A stretch of 53,411 nucleotides of DNA, from positions 1 through 53,411 of the forward strand of contig CAIVIS010000072.1 of the NCBI GenBank assembly GCA_903906055.1, written 5' to 3'. Below are positions 24,870 through 37,125 of the stretch, piece by piece. Position 1 is the first letter of the stretch. Each line of letters opens with the position of its first letter. The DNA is from an uncultured Acidimicrobiaceae bacterium. Lineage in GTDB: Bacteria; Actinomycetota; Acidimicrobiia; Acidimicrobiales; RAAP-2. The notes beneath the pieces are model-generated. The model did no database searches, was not told where the DNA came from, and was given only the letters and a program-made list of their open reading frames with translations. The position numbers and the translations under genes are program-made.

Positions 24870-25113
24870 ACGGGGTCGACGGAGGACGTCGACGTCGGGT
24901 CCCCCTCGACCGACGTGGCCCTCCCGTATGACTCGAATCGCGTAGGGATCCCGCAGAACTCTCACAGCGATCCCGCCCGCGAGGCTGCCAGCCGGTGGGG
25001 CTCGAAGGAAGCGGAGTTTCGGCGGTTGTGAGCGATGTTTGGGTTGCTGCCGGCGAGAGTGCGTGCAGAATTCAGCGTCCTGATGCGGGCTGGCCAGCCC
25101 ATAGTGTCTAGGT

Positions 25114-25599
25114 ATGCCGTACTCCGAAACTGCACAGATCCGAGGCCCCTGGTCGGCCGCCATGGTGTCCGAGCACCTCGACCGGTCCGTGATCCCCATG
25201 AGGATCGCCGTGGAGACCCCGTCTGGGTGGCCGGTGGTGCTGTCGGTCTGGTTCCTCTCTCACGGCAGCGAGCTTCTGGCTGCTACCCGGCCTGACTCCA
25301 CGCTGGTGCGATGCCTCGAGCACCGACCTCGGTGCGGCTTCGAGATCGCCTCGGATACCCCCCCGTACCGCGGGGTGCGGGGCAGGGCTCAGGTCAAGAT
25401 CGACAGGGATACCGGGGCGGCCACACTCGACCGCCTCCTCGTCCGGTACCTCGGAGGGATCGACAACCCGTTGGCCACCACACTGCGGTCCCGCGGCGCC
25501 GACGAAGTGTGCCTGCGGCTTCGTCCCGTCTCCCTCACCAGTTGGGACTTCAGCTCTCGGATGGCCACCAGCCTCGGCGGGGTCGACGGCCTGGACTGA
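25114..25599 (+). CDS. Pyridoxamine 5-phosphate oxidase-like split-barrel flavin/deazaflavin-binding protein
   Basis: Size (161 aa) and the pattern IPMRIAVETPSGWPVVLSVWF...PYRGVRGRAQV fit the PPOX/FDOR superfamily. Cofactor specificity cannot be told from the sequence. Confidence 0.65.
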   Translation: MPYSETAQIRGPWSAAMVSEHLDRSVIPMRIAVETPSGWPVVLSVWFLSHGSELLAATRPDSTLVRCLEHRPRCGFEIASDTPPYRGVRGRAQVKIDRDTGAATLDRLLVRYLGGIDNPLATTLRSRGADEVCLRLRPVSLTSWDFSSRMATSLGGVDGLD

Positions 25600-25630
25600 G
25601 CCCCGGCACGAGCCCTCGCTTGCAAGTCCC

Positions 25631-27175
25631 TCAGGCGGAGACGTCGAGCGGATGAGCCTCGGGGTCTGTTGCAAAGGCATCGCGGCACCCCGGCCCGCAC
25701 AAGTAGACGTCCCTGCCATCGTGCACCAGGTGGCCACCAGGATCGGCGGGGTCCACGGACATGCCGCAGACCGGGTCACGACTGGTCGCGACAGTAGGCC
25801 CCGATGCCTCTGATCCCTCCAGTTCCGCTCCCATCATTTCGGCGTGCATCGTTGCATCCGAATCTGACATCTGGCCGGCACTTGTCCCCTGCATGAAACG
25901 CGCCGGATCAGCTTCGAACCGAAGCCGGCATCGGTCGGAGCAGAAGTAGACCGCCTCACCCTGGTGGGCGACCGAGGCCGGGGCGTCGGCCATCTTGACC
26001 TGCATACCACACACCGGGTCGAGGGCGTAGCCGCTTCCGCCGCCCAGGCGCTCCCGGTTCCGGTACGCCCAGTACAACAGGGCGAACAGCCCCAAGAAGA
26101 TGATGTTCAGGAACGTGGTGTAGTTCCAACTCACATGGCCCATGGCCACCATGGCTGGACGGTCGGCGGGCACCAGTCCGGCCACTGTGAAGATGCCCTC
26201 GGTCACCAGGCCAGCGGTGGACATGACCGCCCAGAACAAGATCAGCATGCGGATGGTGAGCTTCATCCCGTAGTAGCGGCGGTAGATCAACAGGAGGGGG
26301 AAGGTGATCAGGTCGGCGAAGATGAACGAGATCACACCGCCGAAGGAGATGCCGCCGTGCCACAGGGCCGCAGCTAGGGGCACATTTCCCACCGAGCACA
26401 CGAAGCTGACGATGGCGATCAGCGGGCCGACGATGACGTTTTCGAGGCTGGTCCAGAACCCGTGGCCGTGCATGAACAGCGTGTTCCACACCCGTACCGG
26501 CACCATGACGGTGAGGAATCCGGCCACGGTGTAGCCGATCACCAACTCCTTCCACAGCATGGTGAGATCCGCCATCGTGTAGGTGGCAGCATCGGCCCAC
26601 CCGCCTGAGCTGCGCAGCTTGGTCGACCACGGCTGACCCTGCAGCTCCGTGTTTTCGACCGGTCGGTCCACTCCCCCAGCGGCGGCCACCTCGGACTGCA
26701 GGTGCTCTCGGGCCTCGACGATTACCCGGCCTCGGAACCACAGCCCGCCGAGCACAGTGAGCAGCACGATCATGATGGCACCGCCCACGAACTCGGCCGC
26801 AGCGAACTGCCAGCCCATGAGCACCACCAGCACGATGCCGAGTTCGATGACCAGGTTCGTGGAGGCGAACATGAACACCATCGACGCCACGAAGTCGGCA
26901 CCCTTGACGAAGAGGGACTTCGACATGGCTGAGGCCGCATATGAGCACGACGACGAGATCATGCCGTAGCCGCTGGCCCGAGCGATGGCCGCCGGACCGT
27001 GATCACCCATCTTCTCCTTCATCGACCGGCGGCTGGCGAAGGACTGCACGACGCCAGACAACCCGAATCCGAGGACGAGCGGCCAGAGCGTCTCCCAGAA
27101 CATGTAGAAGCCTTCGCGAAGACTGCGGAGGATGGGATCGAGGACCGGCACGGCCGCCACCAGGTGGTCGGTCAT
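25631..27175 (-). CDS. Permease (DUF318/ArsP-like family) fused to two C-terminal YHS/TRASH metal-binding domains
   Basis: Multi-TM core with ISSSCSYAASAM and SFVCSVGNVPLAAALW. Two copies of DPVCGM-x(n)-Y-[FL]-C-x3-C (DPVCGMQVKM...VYFCSDRC and DPVCGMSVDP...VYLCGPGC). I prefer the ATG 27175 start (MTDHLVAAVPVL...) over the track start at 27406. Confidence 0.8.
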   Translation of the reverse strand: MTDHLVAAVPVLDPILRSLREGFYMFWETLWPLVLGFGLSGVVQSFASRRSMKEKMGDHGPAAIARASGYGMISSSCSYAASAMSKSLFVKGADFVASMVFMFASTNLVIELGIVLVVLMGWQFAAAEFVGGAIMIVLLTVLGGLWFRGRVIVEAREHLQSEVAAAGGVDRPVENTELQGQPWSTKLRSSGGWADAATYTMADLTMLWKELVIGYTVAGFLTVMVPVRVWNTLFMHGHGFWTSLENVIVGPLIAIVSFVCSVGNVPLAAALWHGGISFGGVISFIFADLITFPLLLIYRRYYGMKLTIRMLILFWAVMSTAGLVTEGIFTVAGLVPADRPAMVAMGHVSWNYTTFLNIIFLGLFALLYWAYRNRERLGGGSGYALDPVCGMQVKMADAPASVAHQGEAVYFCSDRCRLRFEADPARFMQGTSAGQMSDSDATMHAEMMGAELEGSEASGPTVATSRDPVCGMSVDPADPGGHLVHDGRDVYLCGPGCRDAFATDPEAHPLDVSA

Positions 27176-27710
27176 GCCCGGCACCGACGTCTCGCGCCAG
27201 CAAGTCTTCGCACACCAGTCAGACGGCGGTCCATGGTCGAATTGTAGCGACCGCAGTCCGAGCCGCATCCCTTTCAACCAACGGTATCCAGTGCTACCCG
27301 GGTGTGCCGCCTCGTCGAGGTTGCGATCATGGCGCTCCTCGATGGACGGTGCCGTCCAGGCTTTCGTTCGATCCCCGCCCCACGGGGAACGACGGGAGAC
27401 CATCACTGCCTCGCTTCTGATCTACGGACTGCCCGGCATCGCCATCACGGTGGCAGCCATCACGGTGGTAGCCAACGTCGCCAACAAGCGACTCTTCACC
27501 GGCGGCCGCACAGGACTACGTCGTGGTCAACCTGATGGTGCTTGCGCTGTGGATCATCGTGGATGGACGTCGACGCAGCATGCGCATGCCATGGATCAGA
27601 TCCATTACGACCGGGCCGCCACCGCTGGGGCAATGAGCCCCTCGCGTTTGACTCAGGGGTAGTCCGCCGAAATACCAGCAGCACCACCTAGCCACCCAAT
27701 CGCAGTCCCG

Positions 27711-28331
27711 TCAGCGGGCGTCTCGCCACATGGTCGTGACCACCGGTCCACCATCGGGCAACGTGAACTCGCCGTGGTCGACAAACCCGACCGACCGGTA
27801 GCGCTCGAGGTTGGTCGCATTGGTCGACTCGAGATAGGCAGGCTCCCCCGCCTCGTCGATCACCGCCAAGTTGTGGCGAAGCAGCCCCATGCCGATCCCT
27901 TGGCCACGGCAGTCCGCCCGGGTGCCGAACAAGCTCAAGTACCAGTGATCCGGTGCATCAGGCCGGGCCGAGGAGAACTGCTCCATGACCACGGTGGCCC
28001 GGGAGACATCGCCGGCCAGGAGTTCGTCGAAGAGCGGCCACATGCGCTCCGCATGCGGTTCGGCCAGCTCAGGCCTGCCCGGTGGGATCCACAACGTCAC
28101 CGCTTCGGCCTCGGGCGTCATCCACACCCCTCCAGCCCCGATGCTCCCCTCGAGGAACAGCGTCCACAAGGCCAGCATCTGCGCACTGCGTGCCTCGGGA
28201 TCGACGAAGACCCACGACCACGCCGGATCCTCGTGGAACGCTCCGGCCAATGTGGCGGCCGCCGACGGGATATCGACACTGACTGCTCGACGTACGTCCA
28301 TGGAAACCATCATGGCCGACCCGGCAGCCAC
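27711..28331 (-). CDS. GNAT-family N-acetyltransferase
   Basis: Acetyl-CoA binding block CRGQGIGMGLLRHNL. About 200 aa. The true start is possibly the internal MDVRRAV. Confidence 0.8.
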   Translation of the reverse strand: MAAGSAMMVSMDVRRAVSVDIPSAAATLAGAFHEDPAWSWVFVDPEARSAQMLALWTLFLEGSIGAGGVWMTPEAEAVTLWIPPGRPELAEPHAERMWPLFDELLAGDVSRATVVMEQFSSARPDAPDHWYLSLFGTRADCRGQGIGMGLLRHNLAVIDEAGEPAYLESTNATNLERYRSVGFVDHGEFTLPDGGPVVTTMWRDAR

Positions 28332-28343
28332 CGGGTGCTCAGG

Positions 28344-29844
<1,501 letters not shown>

Positions 29845-29852
<8 letters not shown>

Positions 29853-32800
29853 GGGACACCTCCATGACGGCCTCATCGATCGAACGGCCCTCGGCCACAG
29901 CCCGTTCAGTTGCCTCGAGTACCCGGCGGTAGTCCCGGGGCATGACCGTCACGAACAGCTCGGACTCGGCGGCCCAGTTGGCCAGGAGCCGTTCAGCCAA
30001 GGCCGATCCGGTCTCGCCAGCGTGCATTTCGATCCGGTCACGCAGCCACTGACGGTCGTCGTGGCTGAGCGGCTCGAGATCCACCATCTCGGAGTTGTAG
30101 ACCTTGGACAGGTTCCGGGCTGGGTCGTAGACGTAGGCCACCCCGCCCGACATGCCGGCACCGAAGTTCCGGCCCGTAGGTCCGAGTACGACCACCCGAC
30201 CACCGGTCATGTATTCACAGGCATGGTCCCCCACGCCCTCGACGACGGCGATGGCACCGGAGTTACGGACGCAGAACCGCTCTCCCACCTGACCGGCCAA
30301 GAACACCTCGCCCGACGTGGCCCCATACAGGATCACGTTGCCGGCGATGATGTTCTCCTCGGCGGCGAACGGTGCGGCCTCGTCGGGCCGGACGATGATT
30401 CGTCCCCCCGACAGGCCCTTGCCCAGGTAGTCGTTGGTGTCACCGATCAGGCGCATGGTGACCCCCTTCGGGACGAAGGCGCCGAAGCTCTGGCCGGCCG
30501 ATCCTCTGAAGGTCAGGTCGATGGTGCCCTCCGCCAGTCCGGCACCGCCGTGGCGGCGGGTGATCTCGTAGCCCAAGAGCGTGCCGACGGTGCGGTCCAC
30601 GTTGGTCACGACCACCTCACCTGTGACCGGGGTCCCGTCTTCGAACGCCGGGCGACATGCTTCGAGGAACGACTGGTCGAGCGCCTTGTCGAGTCCGTGA
30701 TCCTGGGTGGTCACGCAGTGACGCACCGCACCCTCGGGCACGTCCGGTGGCGCCAGGATGGGCGACAGGTCGAGTCCGGATGCCTTCCAGTGGTCGGTGG
30801 CAGCGGCGGCGTCGAGTAGGTCGACCCGGCCTACGGCCTCTTCGAGCGAACGCAGACCCAGGGCGGCCAGGTACTCGCGCACCTCCTCGGCGATGTACTC
30901 GAAGAACGTCTCCACGAACTCCGGTGTGCCCGAGTAGCGCTCACGGAGCACGGGGTTCTGGGTGGCGATCCCCACCGGGCAGGTGTCGAGATGGCAGACC
31001 CGCATCATGATGCAGCCCGACACCACCAACGGTGCGGTAGCGAACCCGTACTCCTCGGCACCGAGCAGGGCCCCGATCACCACGTCCCGACCGGTCTTCA
31101 TCTGGCCGTCGACCTGGACCACGATCCGGTCGCGCAGGTCGTTGGCCATCAGGGTCTGCTGGGTCTCGGCCAGGCCCAACTCCCACGGGATGCCAGCGTG
31201 CTTCTGCGACGTCAGCGGGGTGGCCCCGGTGCCGCCATCGTGCCCCGAGATGAGCACGACGTCGGAGTGGGCTTTGGCCACACCGGCAGCCACCGTTCCC
31301 ACGCCCACTTCGGCCACCAGCTTCACGTGCACCCGCGCCACCGGGTTGGCCGACTTGAGGTCGTGGATCAGTTGGGCGATGTCCTCGATGGAGTAGATGT
31401 CGTGGTGGGGCGGCGGCGAGATGAGCCCGACCCCAGGGGTCGAGAACCGGGTCTTGGCGATCCACGGATAGACCTTGTGGCCCGGCAGTTGGCCGCCCTC
31501 GCCGGGCTTGGCCCCCTGGGCGATCTTGATCTGGATGTCATCGGCGTTGACCAGGTACTCCGAGGTCACTCCGAACCGGCCTGAGGCCACCTGCTTGATG
31601 GCGCTACGCCGCAGATTGCCGTCATCGTCGGGGGTGAACCGGTCCGGGTCCTCTCCACCTTCGCCAGTGTTGGACTTGCCGCCCAACCGGTTCATGGCGA
31701 TAGCCAGAGTCTCGTGGGCCTCGGCCGAGATCGATCCATAGGACATGGCTCCAGTGGAGAACCGGGCCAGGATGGCCGATATCGGCTCGACTTCCTTGAT
31801 CGGCACCGGTGGCAGGGTGCCCGTGCGCAGCGTCATCAGGCCTCGCAAGGTGGCGAGCGCGGTTGACTGGTCGTCGACGGCTTGGGTGTACTCCTTGAAC
31901 ACTCGGTACTGCTTGGTGCGGGTGGCGTGCTGGAGCTTGAAGACTGTCTTGGGGTTGAAGAGGTGGATCTCCCCCTCGCGGCGCCACTGGTACTCGCCAC
32001 CGACCTCACGCTCACGATGGGCCCGCTCCGTCGGACGGTCGATATGGGCCTGATGATGGCGGTAGGCCACCTCACCGGCCAGCACGTCGAGTCCGACCCC
32101 ACCGATGCGCGACACCGTGCCGGTGAAGTACTCCTCCACCACGTCGCCAGCCAGTCCGACCGCTTCGAAGACCTGGGCGCCGGTGTAGGAGGCGACGGTG
32201 GAGATGCCCATCTTGGACATGACCTTGACGATCCCCTTGGACGCCGCCTTGATGTAGTTCTTCTGGGCCTGACGAGGGGTGACCCCGGCCAGCAGTCCCG
32301 AGGCGATCATGTCGTCGATGCTCTCGAAGGCCAGGTACGGATTGATGGCGGCGGCTCCGAACCCCTTCAGCAGCGCCATGTGGTGGACCTCACGGGCGTC
32401 ACCGGACTCGACCACCAGGCCGACCCGGGTACGGGTCTTGGTCCGCACCAGATGGTGGTGGACGGCAGCCACCAGCAGCAACGAGGGAATGGGGGCGAGA
32501 TCTGCCGTCGAGTTCCGGTCGGAAAGCACGATGATGTCGGCGCCGTCCACGATGGCAGCACTCACCTTGACCCGGACCTCGTCGATGGCCGTCCGCAGGG
32601 CCGCTCCCCCGCCGTCGGCCTTGAACAGGCCATCGATGGCGAAGGCTCGGAACCCCGGGGTGCTCCCGTCTTCGTTGACGTAGAGCAGCTTGGCCAGGTC
32701 GTCGTTGTCGATGACCGGCATGGGCAGGATGATCTGGTGACACGAGGCCGGGGTCGGCTCCAGGAGATTCGACTCGGGACCAAGGGTGGACAGCAGCGAG

Positions 32801-34479
32801 GTGACCAGCTCTTCGCGGATGGCATCGAGTGGTGGGTTGGTGACCTGGGCGAACAGCTGGGTGAAGTAGTCGTAGATCAGGCGCGACCGCTCCGACAGCA
32901 CGGCGATGGCCGTGTCCGAGCCCATCGACCCGAGCGGCTCCATGCCAGTGCGGGCCATGGGGGCAAGGATCAACCGGAGCTCTTCGTTGGTGTAGCCGAA
33001 CAACTGCTGGCGGCCGACGACCGAGGCGTGCTGGGGGGTGAGCATCGACCGGGGCGGCAGATCGTCGAGATCGACCTGGCCGGCCTCGAGCCACTCGGCG
33101 TAGGGATGCTCGGCGGCCAGTTCGGACTTGAGCTCGTCGTCATCGATGATCCGACCGGCGGCCGTGTCGACCAAGAACATCCGACCGGGCTGCAGGCGGC
33201 CCTTGCGCACCACCTTGGACGGTGGGATGTCGAGGACGCCTACCTCGCTGGCCAGTACCACCAGGTCGTCATCGGTCACCCAGTAGCGGCCAGGGCGCAG
33301 CCCATTGCGGTCCAAGACGGCACCGATCACGGTGCCGTCGGTGAAGGCCACGGCGGCGGGTCCGTCCCATGGCTCCATCAGCGACGCGTGATAGCGGTAG
33401 AAGGCTCGGCGGGCCGGGTCCATGGTCCGATGGTTCTCCCACGCTTCAGGGATCATCATCAGCACGGCATGGTGGATGGGACGGCCGCCGAGGTGGAGCA
33501 GTTCCAGGACCTCGTCGAACGAGGCTGAATCGCTGGCGCCCGGAGTGATGACCGGAAAGGCCCGGTCGAGCCCGGGCATGAGGTCGGTGGCGCACAGCGC
33601 TTCGCGGGCCTTCATCCAGTTCCGGTTGCCGGCCACTGTGTTGATCTCGCCGTTGTGGGCCATGTAGCGATACGGGTGGGCCAGCGGCCACGACGGAAAG
33701 GTATTGGTGGAGAACCGGGAGTGCACGAGCGCCAGCCCGCTGGCCAGACGCTCGTCGGCCAGATCGGGGTAGAACTCGGCCAGCTGGTGGCTGGTGAGCA
33801 TGCCCTTGTAGGTCACGGTCCGGGCCGACAGCGAAGCGAAATAGCACTCGGCTACCTCGCGCTCGGCCCGGTTGCGCAAGATATAGGCCAGGCGGTCGAT
33901 GGCCAGGGAGGGGTCGCCGGGGCTGAGCACGGTGGCGCCAGCAGGCGCCACGAAGAGCTGGTGCATCGACGGCCGGGCCGCCTCAGCGATGGAGCCCAGG
34001 TTGCCATTGGTCACCGGCAGGGCGCGCCAGCCCAAGACATCGAAGCCCTCTTCGACCGCCAGCAGGTCGATCTGCGCACGAGCCTCGGCTGATGCGGCAT
34101 CGTCCAGGGACAGGAAGGCGATCCCGGTGGCATAGCGGCCAGCCTCGGGCAGGGGGAAGTCGACTACCTCGCGGTAGAAGGCGTCGGGGACCTGGATGAG
34201 GATGCCGGCGCCGTCGCCGCTGTCCTCTTCACTGCCGGTGGCACCCCGGTGGGCCAGGTGCTCGAGGGCATCGATGGCCTGGAGCACCAAGGTGTGCGAT
34301 GGGCGGCCGTGCAGGTCGGCGACCAGGGCGACACCACAGGCGTCGTGCTCGAAGCGAGGGTCGTAGAGGCCGGTGGTGGGGGCGGCAGTGACCCGCCGGG
34401 CCGTCGGGCGAAAAGTCACAGGGGACGTGCGCGCAATCATCATGGCGTCGCCGTCAGGTGAGGGTGCAACTGTCGTCAT
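29845..34479 (-). CDS. gltB: Glutamate synthase large subunit
   Basis: 1544 aa. N-terminal amidotransferase Cys ([11 protein letters not shown]), FMN/3Fe-4S central domain and a GXGXG C-terminal domain. Confidence 0.97.
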
Positions 34480-34706
34480 CAGGTCGCTCCAGAAGAAGAA
34501 GTGGATCTACCGGCGCGGGACGACGTTGGCCCTTGCGTGGTCCGCAGAGTCTATATGGTCCGCCGAGGTTGCCACCACGTCCGGCTTCGATGGTCGCCGA
34601 AAACGCCGCAGACCTCCCGTTCAGGTGGACCCACCCATACTGCGGGTCGACGTTCGCCCTGCCCAACCGCGTCGAACTACCAAACATGCCTCGATCGACC
34701 GAATTC

Positions 34707-34734
34707 GTGGAGAAGTGGAGAAGTGGAGAAGTGG
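34707..34734. repeat. Octanucleotide tandem repeat (gtggagaa) x3.5 in the gltB/tetR divergent intergenic region
   Basis: Units at 34707, 34715 and 34723, plus gtgg. Confidence 0.9.
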
Positions 34735-34823
34735 TGCCGCTGCACGGGACGTGATCGGCCAACTCGATGATCCGAGTTCGGAACCCGCCCAAGGGATAGC
34801 ATCAACCACACCAGGAGGATTCG

Positions 34824-35450
34824 ATGGACCAGCCAACACTTGCAGTCGATTCGCCATTCGCACCACGCAAGTCACGGCCGATGCTGCCGGCCGCCGAGGC
34901 GCAGTCCCGGCTGGTCGAGTCCACCATCGAACTGCTGCGCAACAACCCGGTCAGTGCCGTCACGGTGCGGAAGATCGCTATCGCCTCTGGCCTGCACGCC
35001 ACCACCATCAGCCGGAACTTCGGATCGATGGGGGGACTGCTTTCCCACATCTGCGCCCTGTTGTCGCTGCGATCTTTCGAGCGCATGACCGCCATCCGTG
35101 ATGTGACCATCTTCGATGATCCCGACTTTCTCCTGCGCACAAAGCTCCTGGCCTGGCTCATCGCCGAAGGGGCGGATCCTGCGTCGTTCAGGATCGATTG
35201 GGAACGGGGTCGCCCCAAGCAGATCCTGTCCAACTTCCTGACCGAGGCCGAAGGCGCGGGCGGACCAGTCGGAGCACGAGCTGCTGCCAGTTGGGTGCAG
35301 ATCGCTATCTTCATGCTGGAAGGATTCGTCCTCTTCCGCGAGGTCCACGGCCTCGACGAGGCGATGTTCCGCGATCAATATCTGCTCTTCGAGGCGTTCA
35401 CCAATGCCCTTCCTGAACTTCAGGAGACGCTCGGCTGGGACGCCGGCTGA
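34824..35450 (+). CDS. TetR/AcrR-family transcriptional regulator
   Basis: HTH block VSAVTVRKIAIASGLHATTISRNFGSMGGLL. AGGAGGA lies 5 nt before the ATG. Confidence 0.85.
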   Translation: MDQPTLAVDSPFAPRKSRPMLPAAEAQSRLVESTIELLRNNPVSAVTVRKIAIASGLHATTISRNFGSMGGLLSHICALLSLRSFERMTAIRDVTIFDDPDFLLRTKLLAWLIAEGADPASFRIDWERGRPKQILSNFLTEAEGAGGPVGARAAASWVQIAIFMLEGFVLFREVHGLDEAMFRDQYLLFEAFTNALPELQETLGWDAG

Positions 35451-35516
35451 CTCGGACCGCGTGGCGGTAGGTCCCCGGCAGGGGCGCACGGGTCTGTACA
35501 TTTAGACCATGCGAGC

Positions 35517-37016
35517 ATGCCGATGACCACCGCCCCCACCCGCGCATCCGCCCCTGAGCTACGGATCACCCTGTCCGATGACGCTCCGTTGGAGGCCGCA
35601 GGCGCTGCCGTGCGGGCCTGCGCCCAGGGCAACGGGTTCGAGGCCGAGCGGGCCACGCGGCTCCAGGTCGTTGTCGAAGAACTGCTCCGCGAGTCCCGCC
35701 TCCGCGAAGAGTCCGGCGCATCGGGCGACATCGAGATAGCCATCGAGTTCGACGGCAACAACCTCCAGATCACCATCACCGACCACCGGCTGCCTCTCAC
35801 CCCCGCCCAGTCCCGGCATCTGCCGTCACGGCGGCTGCTCGCTCTCGGGTTCGTCGACCGGCTGCACGTGGGGTTCGAGGGGGCACTGGGGAACATCGCC
35901 ACCTGCCAGCTGAACCTGGCGTCCGCCAACCCCGACGACCATCTACACGAGGCGATGCTGGAGGCCGATGTGCCGGACGCCCCTGATGCCGAGGCGGCCG
36001 AGATCGATGTCCGTCTCATGGTCCCCGACGATGCCGTCGGCCTGGTCCAGTGCGTGTTCCGCTGCTATGGCTATACCTACCCCAATCCGTCGATGTACCA
36101 GGCCAAGGCCATCCGCAAGCAGCTCGAGTCCGGAGCCATGCTCTCGGTGGTAGCCATCACCCCCTCCGGCGACATCGTCGGCCATGTGGCCTGCACCTTC
36201 GAATTCCCGGGCGACCCGGTGCCCGAAGGCGGCAAGATGATCGTCGACCCCCGGTTCCGTGGCCACCACCTGGCCGAGCGGCTGTCGCTGGCCCGAGCCG
36301 CCATGGCTGCCGACCACGGCATACCCGGCGTGTGGGCCGAGGCCGTCACCAACCACCCGGCCAGCCAGCGCCTGGCCATCCAGCGGGGTGCAGCCGAGGT
36401 CGGACTCCTGATCGGCGTGGGCCCCCAAGGGATGCTGATGAACGGCATGCCCAACCACGAAGATGTTCGACCGTCGCTCATCGCGGTGTTCACTCCCGTA
36501 GGTGACCTCGGGACCGCTGCCCTCAGCATCCCCGACCATGTCGCCGACCACGTCCAGACCCTGGTCGACCGGCTGGGCGTGACGCGCACGTTCGACCACG
36601 CCATCGTTGCCCCCACCCGGGCCCGGTCGCAGTTCCGGACCACGGCATCAGCCCTGGCTGGAGGGATCGAGATCCGGGTCCACGAGCTCGGGCTCGATAT
36701 CGCCGAGCGCATGGGCGACACCCTCGATGAGTACCTGGCCATGTCCCCGTCCTACGTGCACGTCCACCTGCCTGCCCGCGACCCGTCGGCCGCATGGGCA
36801 GTCATCGAACTCGAGCACATGGGATTCGCCTGGTGCGCGTGGATCCCCGACTACCTCCCCTCGGGAGACTCCATCCGCCTCCAGCGCGTCACCGACAATC
36901 CGGTGGTCGTCGATCAGATCGTCTGCGCCCGCCCAGAAGGCGAGGCGGTCCGCGACTTCGTGATCAGCGAGTGGACCCGGGTGCGGCACGGCCACCTCAC
37001 GGCCACGGCCACCTGA
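35517..37016 (+). CDS. Three-part protein: RsbW-like (anti-sigma kinase/HATPase-like) N-domain, GNAT acetyltransferase domain, uncharacterised C-domain
   Basis: N-terminal RATRLQVVVEELLRE...IEIAIEFDGNNLQITITDH resembles RsbW/SpoIIAB-type ATP-binding regulators. The central block GHVACTFEF...IVDPRFRGHHLAERL is GNAT-like. The last roughly 200 aa are unassigned. Confidence 0.6.
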   Translation: MPMTTAPTRASAPELRITLSDDAPLEAAGAAVRACAQGNGFEAERATRLQVVVEELLRESRLREESGASGDIEIAIEFDGNNLQITITDHRLPLTPAQSRHLPSRRLLALGFVDRLHVGFEGALGNIATCQLNLASANPDDHLHEAMLEADVPDAPDAEAAEIDVRLMVPDDAVGLVQCVFRCYGYTYPNPSMYQAKAIRKQLESGAMLSVVAITPSGDIVGHVACTFEFPGDPVPEGGKMIVDPRFRGHHLAERLSLARAAMAADHGIPGVWAEAVTNHPASQRLAIQRGAAEVGLLIGVGPQGMLMNGMPNHEDVRPSLIAVFTPVGDLGTAALSIPDHVADHVQTLVDRLGVTRTFDHAIVAPTRARSQFRTTASALAGGIEIRVHELGLDIAERMGDTLDEYLAMSPSYVHVHLPARDPSAAWAVIELEHMGFAWCAWIPDYLPSGDSIRLQRVTDNPVVVDQIVCARPEGEAVRDFVISEWTRVRHGHLTATAT

Positions 37017-37125
37017 CGGCCTGACCCGCTGCCTGACCCGCTGGCGACTCGCTGGCCCGGTCCCGATGCCCCTGCTGGCCGCCACTACGGCCAGGCGACG
37101 TACCTGTCCGTCGTAGCATGAGCCC

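Noticed and set aside
24871-24915. Possible terminator hairpin after the GyrI-like gene (ggggtcgacg...cgtcgggtcccc).
   Set aside because: The arms pair only imperfectly, with several mismatches and bulges. Not strong enough to call.
37017-37125. Expected TPP riboswitch upstream of thiO-thiS-thiG-thiD.
   Set aside because: I could not find the conserved CUGAGA and ACCUGAUCUGGNUAAUNCCAGCG-type elements in the 109-bp gap. Only a 12-bp x2 repeat (cctgacccgctg) is present. An Rfam scan would settle it.
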